Of a stretch of 64,000 nt of DNA, positions 55,333 to 64,000 are shown one piece after another. Where the stretch lies: positions 585 through 64,584 of the forward strand of contig NZ_JBDNFF010000075.1 of NCBI RefSeq assembly GCF_041689975.1, read 5' to 3'. The notes beneath the pieces were generated by a model. The model did not search any database. It saw nothing but the letters and a program-made list of their open reading frames with translations, and was not told where the DNA came from. Position 1 is the first letter of the stretch. The number at the start of each line of letters is the position of its first letter. The stretch is from Gemmatimonas sp. Lineage in GTDB: Bacteria > Gemmatimonadota > Gemmatimonadetes > Gemmatimonadales > Gemmatimonadaceae. The translations under genes and the position numbers were made by a program.

Positions 55333-57795
55333 TCAGCGCGTTCTGACCGGTCGGTCGGCCGCGTCGCGGTGGAAGGGCACCCACACCAGTGCCACGATAT
55401 GGACCCGCACGTCGCCGCTCTTGGCCTTGATCGGGACAACTTCGAGCGCATCCTGCTGCGCGTCGTAGGTCGCTCCCAGCGCGTCGATGTCTTGTTGCAG
55501 CGCCGCCTCCAGGTTGGCGTACTGCGCCTGTAGCGCCTGCACGCTTTCGTTGGCGCGCGTCACATCGCCCTGCTGCTGCGCCGCCCGTCCGGCGCCGCGG
55601 GCCGCCGTTCCGACTTTACCGAGCGCGCCAGCGGAAATCTTGCCACGCCCGAAGATCGCACCGAGGATCGCGCCACCCACGGAAATCGCGCTGTCCATCT
55701 TCGCCTGTGAGGCCTGGGCCTGCTCGCGCTGCACGGCCTGCTCGGCGCGACGAACGCGCTCCTGCAACGATGCGAGCTTGGTGGCGTACTTGCCGCGCAG
55801 TGTCTCGATCTGATTGTCGCGCGCCTCCCGCGCCATCAGCTGCAGACGAATCCGGAAATCACGTTCCGCTTCGCCCGCATTCGATGTCTGCTTAAAGGCG
55901 GCGCTGCGGAGCAATGACACGCTCTCGTTGGTGACGATCCATTTCTGTAGCGCCTTGCTCCACGCCGGATAGCTCTTCGCGTTGGTCGCAGCCTTGGGCA
56001 ATGCACCGTACGCCGCCCCGTTGGTCGGGCTGCGCTCGAGCGCCGAGGGATCGAGGTCGATCCGCTCCGCGTTGTCCCATTCGAGCGTGATCGGACCGTC
56101 GTCCATGGTGGCCAGCAGGGACACGCGTCGCTGCTCCGTCACGCCATGTTTGACACTGGCAAAGGACACGTCGGCCACTCCCAACACGGCTGGGTGGTAA
56201 CTGATCGGGCCCCCGCTCGAATGCACGGGTAGGAAGTACTGCGGCACGTCGGCCGGCAAGACCGGCGCTTGCGCCGATGCCGACGGATCGAGCGATGACA
56301 TACTGCCGCCTCCGCTCCCCCCCGTGATCCCGGCGGTGTTGTTCGTTCGCATCGCGGCGTCGGCGGCTGCGGTTGCCGTCATCCCATTGCCGGTGCGCGC
56401 GCTCAACGACTTGATCTGCTCGCGGGTCATCGGGCCGGCCAGGTACGACATGGTCCAGCGAGTTTCGAAGGTGATCGGCGCCGACTCGTGGACGCTGTGC
56501 ATGAGAAACACGCGTTTGCCGAGTCCGGCGATCGTCTGCTCCATGGCCGCCTTGTCGAACGGCTGTCCGCCCGACGCCCCCTCGAGACCGTCCATCAGGC
56601 GCATCTTGTCGCGTTCGGTTTGCAGACGTCCGATAAACCAGGTGCCCGTGTTCGACAGTCCGCGGTAATCGAGGTCCACCGGGTTCTGCGTGGCGAGCAC
56701 GACGCCGAGTCCGTAGGCGCGCGCCTGCTTGAGCAGCGTAAGCAGCAGCACCTTCGAGGGCGGATTCGCAACTGGCGGCATGTAGCCGAACAGTTCGTCG
56801 ATGTACAGAATCGCGCGCAGTGAGCCGGTGCCGGGCTGCGTGCGCACCCACGCGAGAACGTCGGCGAGCAGGAGCGTCATGAAGAACATGCGCTCGGCGT
56901 CGCCAAGATGCGCGATCGAGACGATGGAGCACTTCGGCTTGCCGCTGGCGTCGTACAACAGCGTCGCCGTATCGAGCGGCTCGCCCTGCATCCACGTCTG
57001 AAATCCCGGCGCCGCCAACAAGTTGTTGAGCTTCATCGCGAGCTCCGTGCGATCCTTCGGCGGGAACACCGTGTCGAGCGGCATCACCCCGACCGTATCG
57101 AACGGTGGTGACTGAATGCCGCCGATCAGCCCGGCGAGATCGAGATCGCGTCCCTCGCTCCACGCGGCATGCAGCAGGTTCGCGAGCAGAATGTGTTCGC
57201 GGCTCGAGATCGGATCCGCGTCGATGCCGAGCAAGGCGAGCACACTCGTGGCGGTGGCGTTGACGCGCTCCTGCATCGCTTCGGTGTCGTCGCGAATGAG
57301 CGGCGGCGGGGCCACGAACGCCTTGAGGAGCGACAGCGGCCGTCCCGCGGTACTGCCCGGCGTGTAGATGGTGACATCGGCGGCGTCGACCAAGCGCTGG
57401 ATGCGCGCGCCGTCTTGGCCCCAGCTGGCCAGTCCGTCTTTCCAGAGGGCGGCCTGCTTCTCGGCGAAGGCGTCGGGGGAGAGACCCGCATTCGTGGCCT
57501 GCTGCGGATCGATCCACGGACGGAAATCGGCTGGTGCCAACGATGGGAATCGTAGCGCGAGGTTGCCGAGGTCGCCCTTCGGATCGATGGCGATCACCGG
57601 GATGCGATCGATCAGCGCTTCTTCAATTAGGCCGACGCCGAGCCCGGTTTTTCCGCTGCCGGTCATGCCGATGATCACGGCATGTGTGGTGAGATCCTTC
57701 GCGTCGTAGAGCACGTAGTCGTCCCGCCGCGTGCGGGAGGCGAGGTCGTAGCGCTTCCCGAGGTAGAAGGCGCCCAGCGTTTCGAAGTCCGTCAT
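55333..57795 (-). CDS. HerA/FtsK-clade P-loop ATPase, DUF853 (YjgR)-like N-terminal half, with an unassigned ~350-aa C-terminal extension
   Basis: IIGMTGSGKTG, AIDPKGDLGNL, ILYIDELFGY, ATQNPVDLD...GRLQTERDK. C-terminal coiled coil and Gly/Ala-rich stretch. Confidence 0.85.
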   Translation of the reverse strand: MTDFETLGAFYLGKRYDLASRTRRDDYVLYDAKDLTTHAVIIGMTGSGKTGLGVGLIEEALIDRIPVIAIDPKGDLGNLALRFPSLAPADFRPWIDPQQATNAGLSPDAFAEKQAALWKDGLASWGQDGARIQRLVDAADVTIYTPGSTAGRPLSLLKAFVAPPPLIRDDTEAMQERVNATATSVLALLGIDADPISSREHILLANLLHAAWSEGRDLDLAGLIGGIQSPPFDTVGVMPLDTVFPPKDRTELAMKLNNLLAAPGFQTWMQGEPLDTATLLYDASGKPKCSIVSIAHLGDAERMFFMTLLLADVLAWVRTQPGTGSLRAILYIDELFGYMPPVANPPSKVLLLTLLKQARAYGLGVVLATQNPVDLDYRGLSNTGTWFIGRLQTERDKMRLMDGLEGASGGQPFDKAAMEQTIAGLGKRVFLMHSVHESAPITFETRWTMSYLAGPMTREQIKSLSARTGNGMTATAAADAAMRTNNTAGITGGSGGGSMSSLDPSASAQAPVLPADVPQYFLPVHSSGGPISYHPAVLGVADVSFASVKHGVTEQRRVSLLATMDDGPITLEWDNAERIDLDPSALERSPTNGAAYGALPKAATNAKSYPAWSKALQKWIVTNESVSLLRSAAFKQTSNAGEAERDFRIRLQLMAREARDNQIETLRGKYATKLASLQERVRRAEQAVQREQAQASQAKMDSAISVGGAILGAIFGRGKISAGALGKVGTAARGAGRAAQQQGDVTRANESVQALQAQYANLEAALQQDIDALGATYDAQQDALEVVPIKAKSGDVRVHIVALVWVPFHRDAADRPVRTR

Positions 57796-57797
57796 GA

Positions 57798-58331
57798 TCA
57801 GCGGTTGATGCGGGGGGCGGTATAGGTCGTGGGTACGCGGGCGAACAGCTCGCGTTCATGCTTGCGCATGTTCTCGATCTCGTAGGGCTGGACGGTCTTG
57901 GCGACGAGGTCCACTTGCTTGCTGGTGGAGTCGACGGTGTCGCCGGTGAGGAAGATGTCGAGCAGCGACTGGAGTTGTGCCGGCGTGCTGTTGCTCGATG
58001 CGGCGGTGAGCGTTCGGCGTTCGACGAAACGTGTCGGCGCGTAGTCGGCGTCGTAGAAATACCTACGCGACGAGGACGTGCTGTCGGCTAGCAGCATCTC
58101 CTCCGCGATCACGACGAGTTCGCCGTTGACGTAGTGGGCCGTGTAGCGGGATTCGGCGGTGACGCTGTCCGACCAGACGCCCTTCACTTTCACGGTGTCG
58201 GTGGAAGACGAGGCGGACATCGCGGTGGCGCTATCAGCGGCGGGGGCCCGCTTACTGTCTCCGCAGGCGGTCACGGCGACGGCGCCGCCGCAGGCGAGCG
58301 TGGCACCGAGCAGGAATTTCGAGCGCGTCAT
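57798..58331 (-). CDS. Lipoprotein, hypothetical
   Basis: MTRSKFLLGATLACGGAVAVTAC (lipobox VTAC). Its stop is 2 nt before the ATPase ATG. Confidence 0.7.
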   Translation of the reverse strand: MTRSKFLLGATLACGGAVAVTACGDSKRAPAADSATAMSASSSTDTVKVKGVWSDSVTAESRYTAHYVNGELVVIAEEMLLADSTSSSRRYFYDADYAPTRFVERRTLTAASSNSTPAQLQSLLDIFLTGDTVDSTSKQVDLVAKTVQPYEIENMRKHERELFARVPTTYTAPRINR

Positions 58332-58385
58332 GTGCGACCGGGTTCGGGATCACGGAGCTGCACAACCGGCGCCCGTCCGGCAATC

Positions 58386-60314
58386 TCACACCGGCGTCGG
58401 CTGTGACGCGAGCCGTCTGGCCCGTGCTGCTGCTGGCATGGCCGAGGGGCGGTCGAGTATCTGGTCGACGTCGCGGACAGCGTCTACCCGGCGCTGCAGG
58501 TCGCGCACGACATCGAGCTGTTCGGTGAGAGTTCCGGGCAGCGTAATTCTGGTGTCGAGGCGGAGCAGATCGAGCCGCATCGCTTCAAGGGCGGCGATAG
58601 TAGCCCCCAGACGCCCGTTGACGGCCGCTCGCTCGAGGTCCAGGGTCTTGGTGGCCTTGGGCAACTCGCGTGGCGTGGCGGGGCGCGCAGACACGCGGAG
58701 ACGCCGCTGCTCGCCGGAAATCTCCAACGCGCGGCGGCGGAGCATGGTCGCTTCCTGCGCCAGGGCGGCCGCGGCGGCCGGCAGCGCCCGGAGATCGCGC
58801 TGGGCCGCCTCCGGCAATCGCGCGAAGATGTCGGCGGCGGCGCGACCGAGTAGGATTTCGGTGGGCGCGTGGGCGGGAATCGGCCGATTGACGATCGCCG
58901 AGGTTTTTCGGCCAATCCACCCCACGACGCGCGTGGCGAGGGGCTGTCGCACGAAGCTGTAGAACCAGGCGCTGAATCCGCTGGTCTGGCGAGCGGCGGC
59001 GAGACTCCGCTTGATCATGAGGGGCGGCAGCAGCCACGTCATGAGACTCAGGATGCTCTCGAGGGCAGTGGGCAGACCCCATTGATCGACGTGGCCTTGG
59101 GCGACCGCGAGCAGGAACGCGGAGCACAGCACGGCGGTACCCTGAACCGTCCGCATCGGACGGCGCGTCGACGTGGGTGCAGGGGCAAGCGCATCGGCCA
59201 CATCCTGCGGCGCGACGCCCAGCTTCAGCGACCGTCGTGCGGCCAGCAGGGTCTCGCTGCCGCGCAGCGCGACCCCAGCGGCGGCGAGCATCAAGACTCC
59301 CTGTATGACGTGGACGAGGATGGCTCTCCCGAGCGACCCCGCGTCTTCGCCGACCACCCAGAAGAACGATGCAAAGGCGATGGCGATCGTCCATTCCGCG
59401 AGGGTCTTCGTACGGGATGCGCCAAGTCGCACGGCGCGGGCCTCGATCGGGAGTTCGCCGCCGTCGGGTGTGCGCTCAAAGGCCGCGACGAAGCTGGCGG
59501 CGGAGTCGAATCGATCGGCCGCGTCGGTGGCGAGACACTGATCGATGGCGTCGACCAGCGAGTCGGGGAGGTGCGGTGCATGCGTGCGCACCGAGGGCGC
59601 GCGGGCCACGGATTGCTGGGCGATGATCGCGAGCGCACTGCCGCCTTCGTACGGGTAGCGGCCAGTGGCGGCGAGATACAGCGTGACGCCAAGGGCGTAG
59701 AGGTCGGCCCGTCCGGTGACGGCCTCACCGAGTGCCTGCTCGGGAGCCATGAACCGGGCGGTGCCCGCGACCTCACCGGACGAGTGCATTCCCGTGAGCG
59801 CATTCGCCGCCGATGCCTCGTGGAAGGCGATGCCGAAATCGGCGATGAGTGCGCGGTCGGTGCCCTGTTCCAGCAGAATGTTCTCGGGCTTCACATCGCG
59901 GTGCACGACGCCGCGCTCGTGTGCATACGACAGCGCCCAGCCGATTTCACGACCGATACGACGGATGGCGTCGGCGGGGAGTGGCCCAACGCGGCGCAGA
60001 CGATCGGCCAGCGTCTCGCCAGGCACGTAGGCCATGACGAACCACGCCAGATCGCCCGATTCCTCGACCCCGTGGATGGGGACGATGTTCGGATGAAAAC
60101 ATTGGGCGGCGATGCGCGCTTCGCGCAGGAATCGGCGACGGACGTCGGTGCGCGACGCGATGGCGGGTGCGAGCAGCTTGATCGCGACCGGACGCTCGAG
60201 AATCACGTCGCGCGCGAGATACACGATCCCCATGCCGCCGCGACCGATCTCGCTTTCGAGCGAGAAACGGCCCGCCAGCGCTGTCTGGAGTGCGACGAAG
60301 GCGGCGTCGGTCAG
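58386..60314 (-). CDS. Membrane Ser/Thr protein kinase, paralogue 3 (start codon non-canonical or disrupted)
   Basis: VAIK, HRDVKPEN, DFG, APE, four TM segments, and a conserved C-terminal tail. The first ATG (60233) lies inside the G-loop GRGGMG. The frame is open upstream to 60353 with no ATG/GTG/TTG. The 5' end is set at CTG 60314, which overlaps the upstream ORF stop. Kinase identity 0.9; start about 0.4. Confidence 0.8.
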   Translation of the reverse strand: MTDAAFVALQTALAGRFSLESEIGRGGMGIVYLARDVILERPVAIKLLAPAIASRTDVRRRFLREARIAAQCFHPNIVPIHGVEESGDLAWFVMAYVPGETLADRLRRVGPLPADAIRRIGREIGWALSYAHERGVVHRDVKPENILLEQGTDRALIADFGIAFHEASAANALTGMHSSGEVAGTARFMAPEQALGEAVTGRADLYALGVTLYLAATGRYPYEGGSALAIIAQQSVARAPSVRTHAPHLPDSLVDAIDQCLATDAADRFDSAASFVAAFERTPDGGELPIEARAVRLGASRTKTLAEWTIAIAFASFFWVVGEDAGSLGRAILVHVIQGVLMLAAAGVALRGSETLLAARRSLKLGVAPQDVADALAPAPTSTRRPMRTVQGTAVLCSAFLLAVAQGHVDQWGLPTALESILSLMTWLLPPLMIKRSLAAARQTSGFSAWFYSFVRQPLATRVVGWIGRKTSAIVNRPIPAHAPTEILLGRAAADIFARLPEAAQRDLRALPAAAAALAQEATMLRRRALEISGEQRRLRVSARPATPRELPKATKTLDLERAAVNGRLGATIAALEAMRLDLLRLDTRITLPGTLTEQLDVVRDLQRRVDAVRDVDQILDRPSAMPAAARARRLASQPTPV

Positions 60315-60496
60315 AATTCGCGGCGCTTCATTTCCTTGAAAATCCCTTCGGCGTCAGAGCCTTCGAGCGGTTCGGTTTTGGTGCGCGTGGCTTCGAGCGT
60401 CGGATCGAACAGGCTGCGAGACGGCTTCTTCTGTTGAGACGCCTTGGCGGCCGTCTTCCTGAGCAAGGCCTTGAGCTGCGAATCCTTCATGGGCAC
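60311..60496 (-). CDS. Small Lys/Glu-rich ORF (61 aa) directly upstream of kinase 3
   Basis: MPMKDSQLKALLRKTAAKASQQKK...GIFKEMKRREF. GC-rich third positions. The stop TGA shares CTGA with the kinase frame. Confidence 0.55.
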   Translation of the reverse strand: MPMKDSQLKALLRKTAAKASQQKKPSRSLFDPTLEATRTKTEPLEGSDAEGIFKEMKRREF

Positions 60497-60593
60497 TCCG
60501 GTTGGGGGCTCCTTGATGTTGCTGGCAGCGAAGGCGCCTGTAAAGGCCGCTGGAAGAAGACGGTGGCGGCGTCAGCCTGTCATGGACCCGGAC

Positions 60594-61175
60594 TCAACGC
60601 GTCGCGGGGCGCGGAAGTGCTGTGGGTGGCAGCAGGTTGTTGAGGCGCATGTAGTTCGCCAGCTGACTGTAATGATCGGCGTTGTCGAGCGCGTGACCGA
60701 GCACCATGGCAATGCGAGTCGTGTTCCGCGTCTGGCCGTTCGGCAGGCTCATGGTCACCGCGGCGCCGATGTTCTGGTCGTTCACCTGGGCGAGCGCGCT
60801 CTCGCAGAAGGTGTTGGCCGCCTTGAGCTGCGTCACCAGGTCGGCCTTCGCCCAGGTGGCCTTGACCGAATCGGGCGTCGTCAGCTCCATGTTCGACCGC
60901 GCCGGCTTCATGTCGCCGAAGTTGCTGCAGAACAGGTAGTTGTCATTCGCGAGATGCTGCGCGATGTAGCCGATCGTGAGCTGGGCCGGCGTCGGCTTGT
61001 AGCCGAACTTGTCGGCCGGAATGGAATCGAGCGCCTGGGCCAGGTTGCGGTGCAGCGAGGTGAGGCGGCCGCGGAACGACGCGGTCACAGGATCGGTCTG
61101 CGGGGCGGTCGGCGGTTGGGCAGCGATTACGGTGGGCAGCGCCAGCGCGAGAATGGTGACGTAGAGACGCTTCAT
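60594..61175 (-). CDS. DinB-family protein with signal peptide
   Basis: MKRLYVTILALALPTVIAAQ; HLANDNY and HALDNADHYSQLANYMRLN His motifs. Confidence 0.8.
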   Translation of the reverse strand: MKRLYVTILALALPTVIAAQPPTAPQTDPVTASFRGRLTSLHRNLAQALDSIPADKFGYKPTPAQLTIGYIAQHLANDNYLFCSNFGDMKPARSNMELTTPDSVKATWAKADLVTQLKAANTFCESALAQVNDQNIGAAVTMSLPNGQTRNTTRIAMVLGHALDNADHYSQLANYMRLNNLLPPTALPRPATR

Positions 61176-61228
61176 GGTAAATCTCCGGAAAACGCGGGGA
61201 AACGGAGCAGGGGAGCGAACAGGAAAGC

Positions 61229-62203
61229 TCAGCGCACGATCGGCGGCAGGTCAAGTAGAGCGCGGATGGCGTCGATCACGGCGCGACCGGCCGCCGTGTA
61301 CGGCGTCATCGCTTCGAAGTGGCCGTCGCCGACAATCGTGACCGCCCGTGCGCTGTCGCCGCGCGATCGGGCGGCGGTGACATAGGCCTCGCGCACGGCC
61401 ACGGGCGCGATGAAATCCCGGTCGCCGGCGATGTGCACCGTGGGAACGCCGAGAGGCAACCGCTCGATCGGTGAGGTCTCATGCAGGCGCGTCGGCACGC
61501 TGTCGGGAGTGCCGCCCAGCAGTGACTCGACGGCGGGGTTGCCGCAGGTATTCCGCTCGCGGCCGTAAAACTCGCGCAGGTCCGCAATGCCGCCCACCGA
61601 GACCACGCCGCGTGCGCCGAGTGGCGTGCCGCCGAACAGCGGGCTGGCGCTATCAAGCGCGGGGCGGGAGGCCAGCCACAACGCGAGGTGCCCGCCGGCG
61701 GAATGTCCGGTGAGCACGATACGCATGGTATCGATCGGGTAGAGCTTGGCGAGCGTGCGGACATAGTCGGCCCCGTCGGCGACATCGCGGAAGGTGCCGG
61801 TCCAGCCGCCGCCGGGATTATCGTAGCGCCGGTACTCGACGTTCCAGGTGGCGACCCCCGACTGGGCAAGCGCGTCGGCCAGCGGGGCGCTGTTCCGCAC
61901 CGACGCGTACGGCGAGTACCAACAGCCGCCGTGGATCACGATCGCGATCGGTGCCCGATTGCTGTTCGTCGCCTCCGGCGGCAGGCGCAACTCGCCGAAC
62001 TGCAACGAGTCGCGTCCATAGGCGATCCGTGTGCCGGCATCGCGCAGTGGCACCGTGTCCACGTCGCTCGCGCGCATCAGACGCGGCGCAGCGCTGCGTT
62101 GCACGTTGCCTTGAGCACACGCGACGGCCGGGGCGGTGAGGAGCGTTGCGGCGAGCGGCAGCGCACCCAAGGCGCGGAGAAACCGAGGAGGAGAATTCGA
62201 CAT
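61229..62203 (-). CDS. Secreted alpha/beta hydrolase (esterase/lipase, HGG + GHSAG type)
   Basis: Signal peptide; IVIHGGCW and LTGHSAGGHLAL. Confidence 0.85.
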   Translation of the reverse strand: MSNSPPRFLRALGALPLAATLLTAPAVACAQGNVQRSAAPRLMRASDVDTVPLRDAGTRIAYGRDSLQFGELRLPPEATNSNRAPIAIVIHGGCWYSPYASVRNSAPLADALAQSGVATWNVEYRRYDNPGGGWTGTFRDVADGADYVRTLAKLYPIDTMRIVLTGHSAGGHLALWLASRPALDSASPLFGGTPLGARGVVSVGGIADLREFYGRERNTCGNPAVESLLGGTPDSVPTRLHETSPIERLPLGVPTVHIAGDRDFIAPVAVREAYVTAARSRGDSARAVTIVGDGHFEAMTPYTAAGRAVIDAIRALLDLPPIVR

Positions 62204-62224
62204 GACGTGAAGTAGAGGGCGCGC

Positions 62225-62665
62225 TCAGTGCGGCCCGATCCGCAGCGAGCGCGTGGCCAACTGCACCTCGCGCAAAAAACTCAGCAGCCCCGTGATCAGC
62301 GCCGCCATCGAGAGCACGAAGCAGGTGGCGACGATGCGCGAAATGTCGTACGAGAAGAAGCCACTAATGAACAGAATGGCGATCATCAGACAGACCAGCA
62401 GCGCGGCAATTGTGCACAGGCTGATAGCGCGATTGATATGCCGGGCGCGGCGCGAGAGCATGAGCAAATCGGAGCCCAGAAGGTGCTTGTGCTCGCCCGT
62501 CACGTCGATGAAGCGGTCTTCAAGCGCTCGAGCCCGGTCGATGATGCGGGCGAGGCGACTGGTCAGCACGCCGAGCAGCGAGGCGATACCGGTGAGCATG
62601 AAGACCGGCGCAATCGCTAGCTGGATGACATGGGCGATCGCGGAAATTCGGGTGTCTGGCTGCAT
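62225..62665 (-). CDS. DUF2721 membrane protein
   Basis: ATG 62665: ISAIAHVIQLAIAPVFMLTGIASLLGVLTSRLARIIDRARAL, plus two more TM segments. Confidence 0.75.
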   Translation of the reverse strand: MQPDTRISAIAHVIQLAIAPVFMLTGIASLLGVLTSRLARIIDRARALEDRFIDVTGEHKHLLGSDLLMLSRRARHINRAISLCTIAALLVCLMIAILFISGFFSYDISRIVATCFVLSMAALITGLLSFLREVQLATRSLRIGPH

Positions 62666-62745
62666 GCGGGAAAGATGACACCGAAGGGCCGCGTCGCGCG
62701 AATCCTGCACGCGACACGGCCCTTCGTGTGTGCACCCTCCCGACG

Positions 62746-64000
62746 CTATTTGATCTCGCCGTTGCCGCGGTAGTAGTCACCCAGCAGATGCTCACCGAAG
62801 TATTCCATGAGCATGCGCTGGTTGTACGGACCGGTGCCGCGGTAGCCATGCGGTTCGCCGGGATAAATGAACAGGTCGAAGCGCTTGTTGGCCTTGACCA
62901 GCGCATTCACGAGCCGGATGGTGCCACCGGGGTGCACGTTATTGTCGAGGTCACCGGTCGCGAGGGCGAGATTGCCCTTGAGATTGCCGGCGAGTTCGTC
63001 GTTGGTGGGCACGCGGATGTCGAACGTGATCTTGTCGGCGTTCGTGGAATCCTGCACCACTTCACGTGCGGCGGCGTTCGCTCCCGGTCCACCGCGACGT
63101 GCGGCACCGGTGCCACCCGCTCGCACGGCACCGCTGGCGCTGTCGGCCTTGGCGATGACCTTCACGCCATGGTTCCACTCGCTCCAGTTCTGGTTGTAGA
63201 TGTTGTTGTCATGATTGCCGGATTCCGACCAACCCACTTTGAAGAATTCGTTGTACGGCGGCAACAGCATGGCGGCGGCGGTCATGAAGCCACCACCGGA
63301 GTGCCCGAAGATGCCGACCTTGTCGAGGTCGATGAACGCATGACGGGCGGCGAGCTGCTCGAGCGCGTACTTCTTATCAGCCAGTGCGTAGTCGCGCATG
63401 TTGCCGTAGCCGTAACGATGATACGCCAGCGAGCGAAGCGGGCTGCCACCGCGATGGCCGACTTCGACCACGATGAAGCCGAGCTGCGCGAGCTGCATCA
63501 GCGGACCGCGCACGCTGAAGCCCGTCGTCATGCCTTCGGTCTGCGGGCCCGGATAGACGTACGTGATGATCGGATACTTCCTGGTGCTGTCGAAGTCAAA
63601 CGGCTTCCACATGTTGCCGTACAGCTCCGTGATGCCGTCGGCGGCTTTTACGGAGAACGTTTCCGCCGGCTTGAATCCGAGCTCCTTGAGCTTCGAGAGA
63701 TCCATCTCCTCAAGCGTGCTGAGGATACGACCCGAGGCACCGTCACGGAGTACGGACTTGGGGGCCAGGTCCATCCGCGAGAAGGTGTCGTAGATGTAGC
63801 GCTTGGTGGGTGACACGACGCTGGGCATGCCGTTCTCGCCGAGCGTCGAGGCGTGGTGCGCGTTGCCGGCGTCGAGCAGTGTGAAGCCAGTGCCGTCGGC
63901 ATTCACGCGATACAAGTGCGTTTGATAAAGTTGTTCGCCCGTCTCACGTCCCTGGCCGGACACCCACACCTGTTGCGTCGTGGAGTCGATCTTGACGATG
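62746..64000 (-). CDS. S9 family peptidase (dipeptidyl-peptidase IV / prolyl oligopeptidase-like), 5'-partial at the window edge
   Basis: GIFGHSGGGF nucleophile box, C-terminal DNNVH and PGEPHG. The frame stays open to position 64000. Confidence 0.88.
   Translation of the reverse strand, partial: IVKIDSTTQQVWVSGQGRETGEQLYQTHLYRVNADGTGFTLLDAGNAHHASTLGENGMPSVVSPTKRYIYDTFSRMDLAPKSVLRDGASGRILSTLEEMDLSKLKELGFKPAETFSVKAADGITELYGNMWKPFDFDSTRKYPIITYVYPGPQTEGMTTGFSVRGPLMQLAQLGFIVVEVGHRGGSPLRSLAYHRYGYGNMRDYALADKKYALEQLAARHAFIDLDKVGIFGHSGGGFMTAAAMLLPPYNEFFKVGWSESGNHDNNIYNQNWSEWNHGVKVIAKADSASGAVRAGGTGAARRGGPGANAAAREVVQDSTNADKITFDIRVPTNDELAGNLKGNLALATGDLDNNVHPGGTIRLVNALVKANKRFDLFIYPGEPHGYRGTGPYNQRMLMEYFGEHLLGDYYRGNGEIK

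Overview
High-GC, densely coding bacterial chromosomal window. I call about 58 protein-coding genes plus one gene relic. I recognise no rRNA, tRNA, CRISPR array, transposase, integrase or phage genes. The gene content would fit a Gemmatimonadota- or Acidobacteriota-like soil bacterium, but that is only a guess. Recognisable content: hemH-hemA, Lon, a DEAD-box and a DEAH-box helicase, PFK, Tag, long-form IspH, a 5'-nucleotidase, and an SDR / ACAD10-11-type dehydrogenase / phosphotransferase trio convergent on thiolase + FadN. Also present: a FecI/FecR/TonB-receptor unit, S8 and S9 peptidases, FIST + PAS-GGDEF-EAL, two ECF sigma factors, TetR, and a CGNR regulator. Most noteworthy observations: (1) Three paralogous multi-TM Ser/Thr kinases share an unassigned C-terminal helical module. 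The third lacks any canonical start codon upstream of its glycine loop. It sits in a tight small-ORF / kinase / lipoprotein / 820-aa HerA-DUF853-like ATPase cluster that I cannot match to a described system. (2) The SDR-ACAD-kinase trio resembles the P. putida lvaD/C/A module and a split ACAD10/11, suggesting 4-hydroxyacyl-CoA catabolism. (3) Two enzymes have the catalytic residue replaced by a codon one transition away: MsrB Cys->Arg and an alpha/beta hydrolase Ser->Gly. There is also a decayed dienelactone-hydrolase relic. (4) A family of G-rich GAAGTAGGG-type palindromic elements lies just 3' of stop codons, including a roughly 117-nt near-perfect palindrome ending in (GGGTATT)3GGG. (5) A low-GC structured element lies between convergent genes. 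(6) A perfect 18-bp palindrome looks like a TetR operator. All functional calls come from motif recognition by eye; no database search was run.
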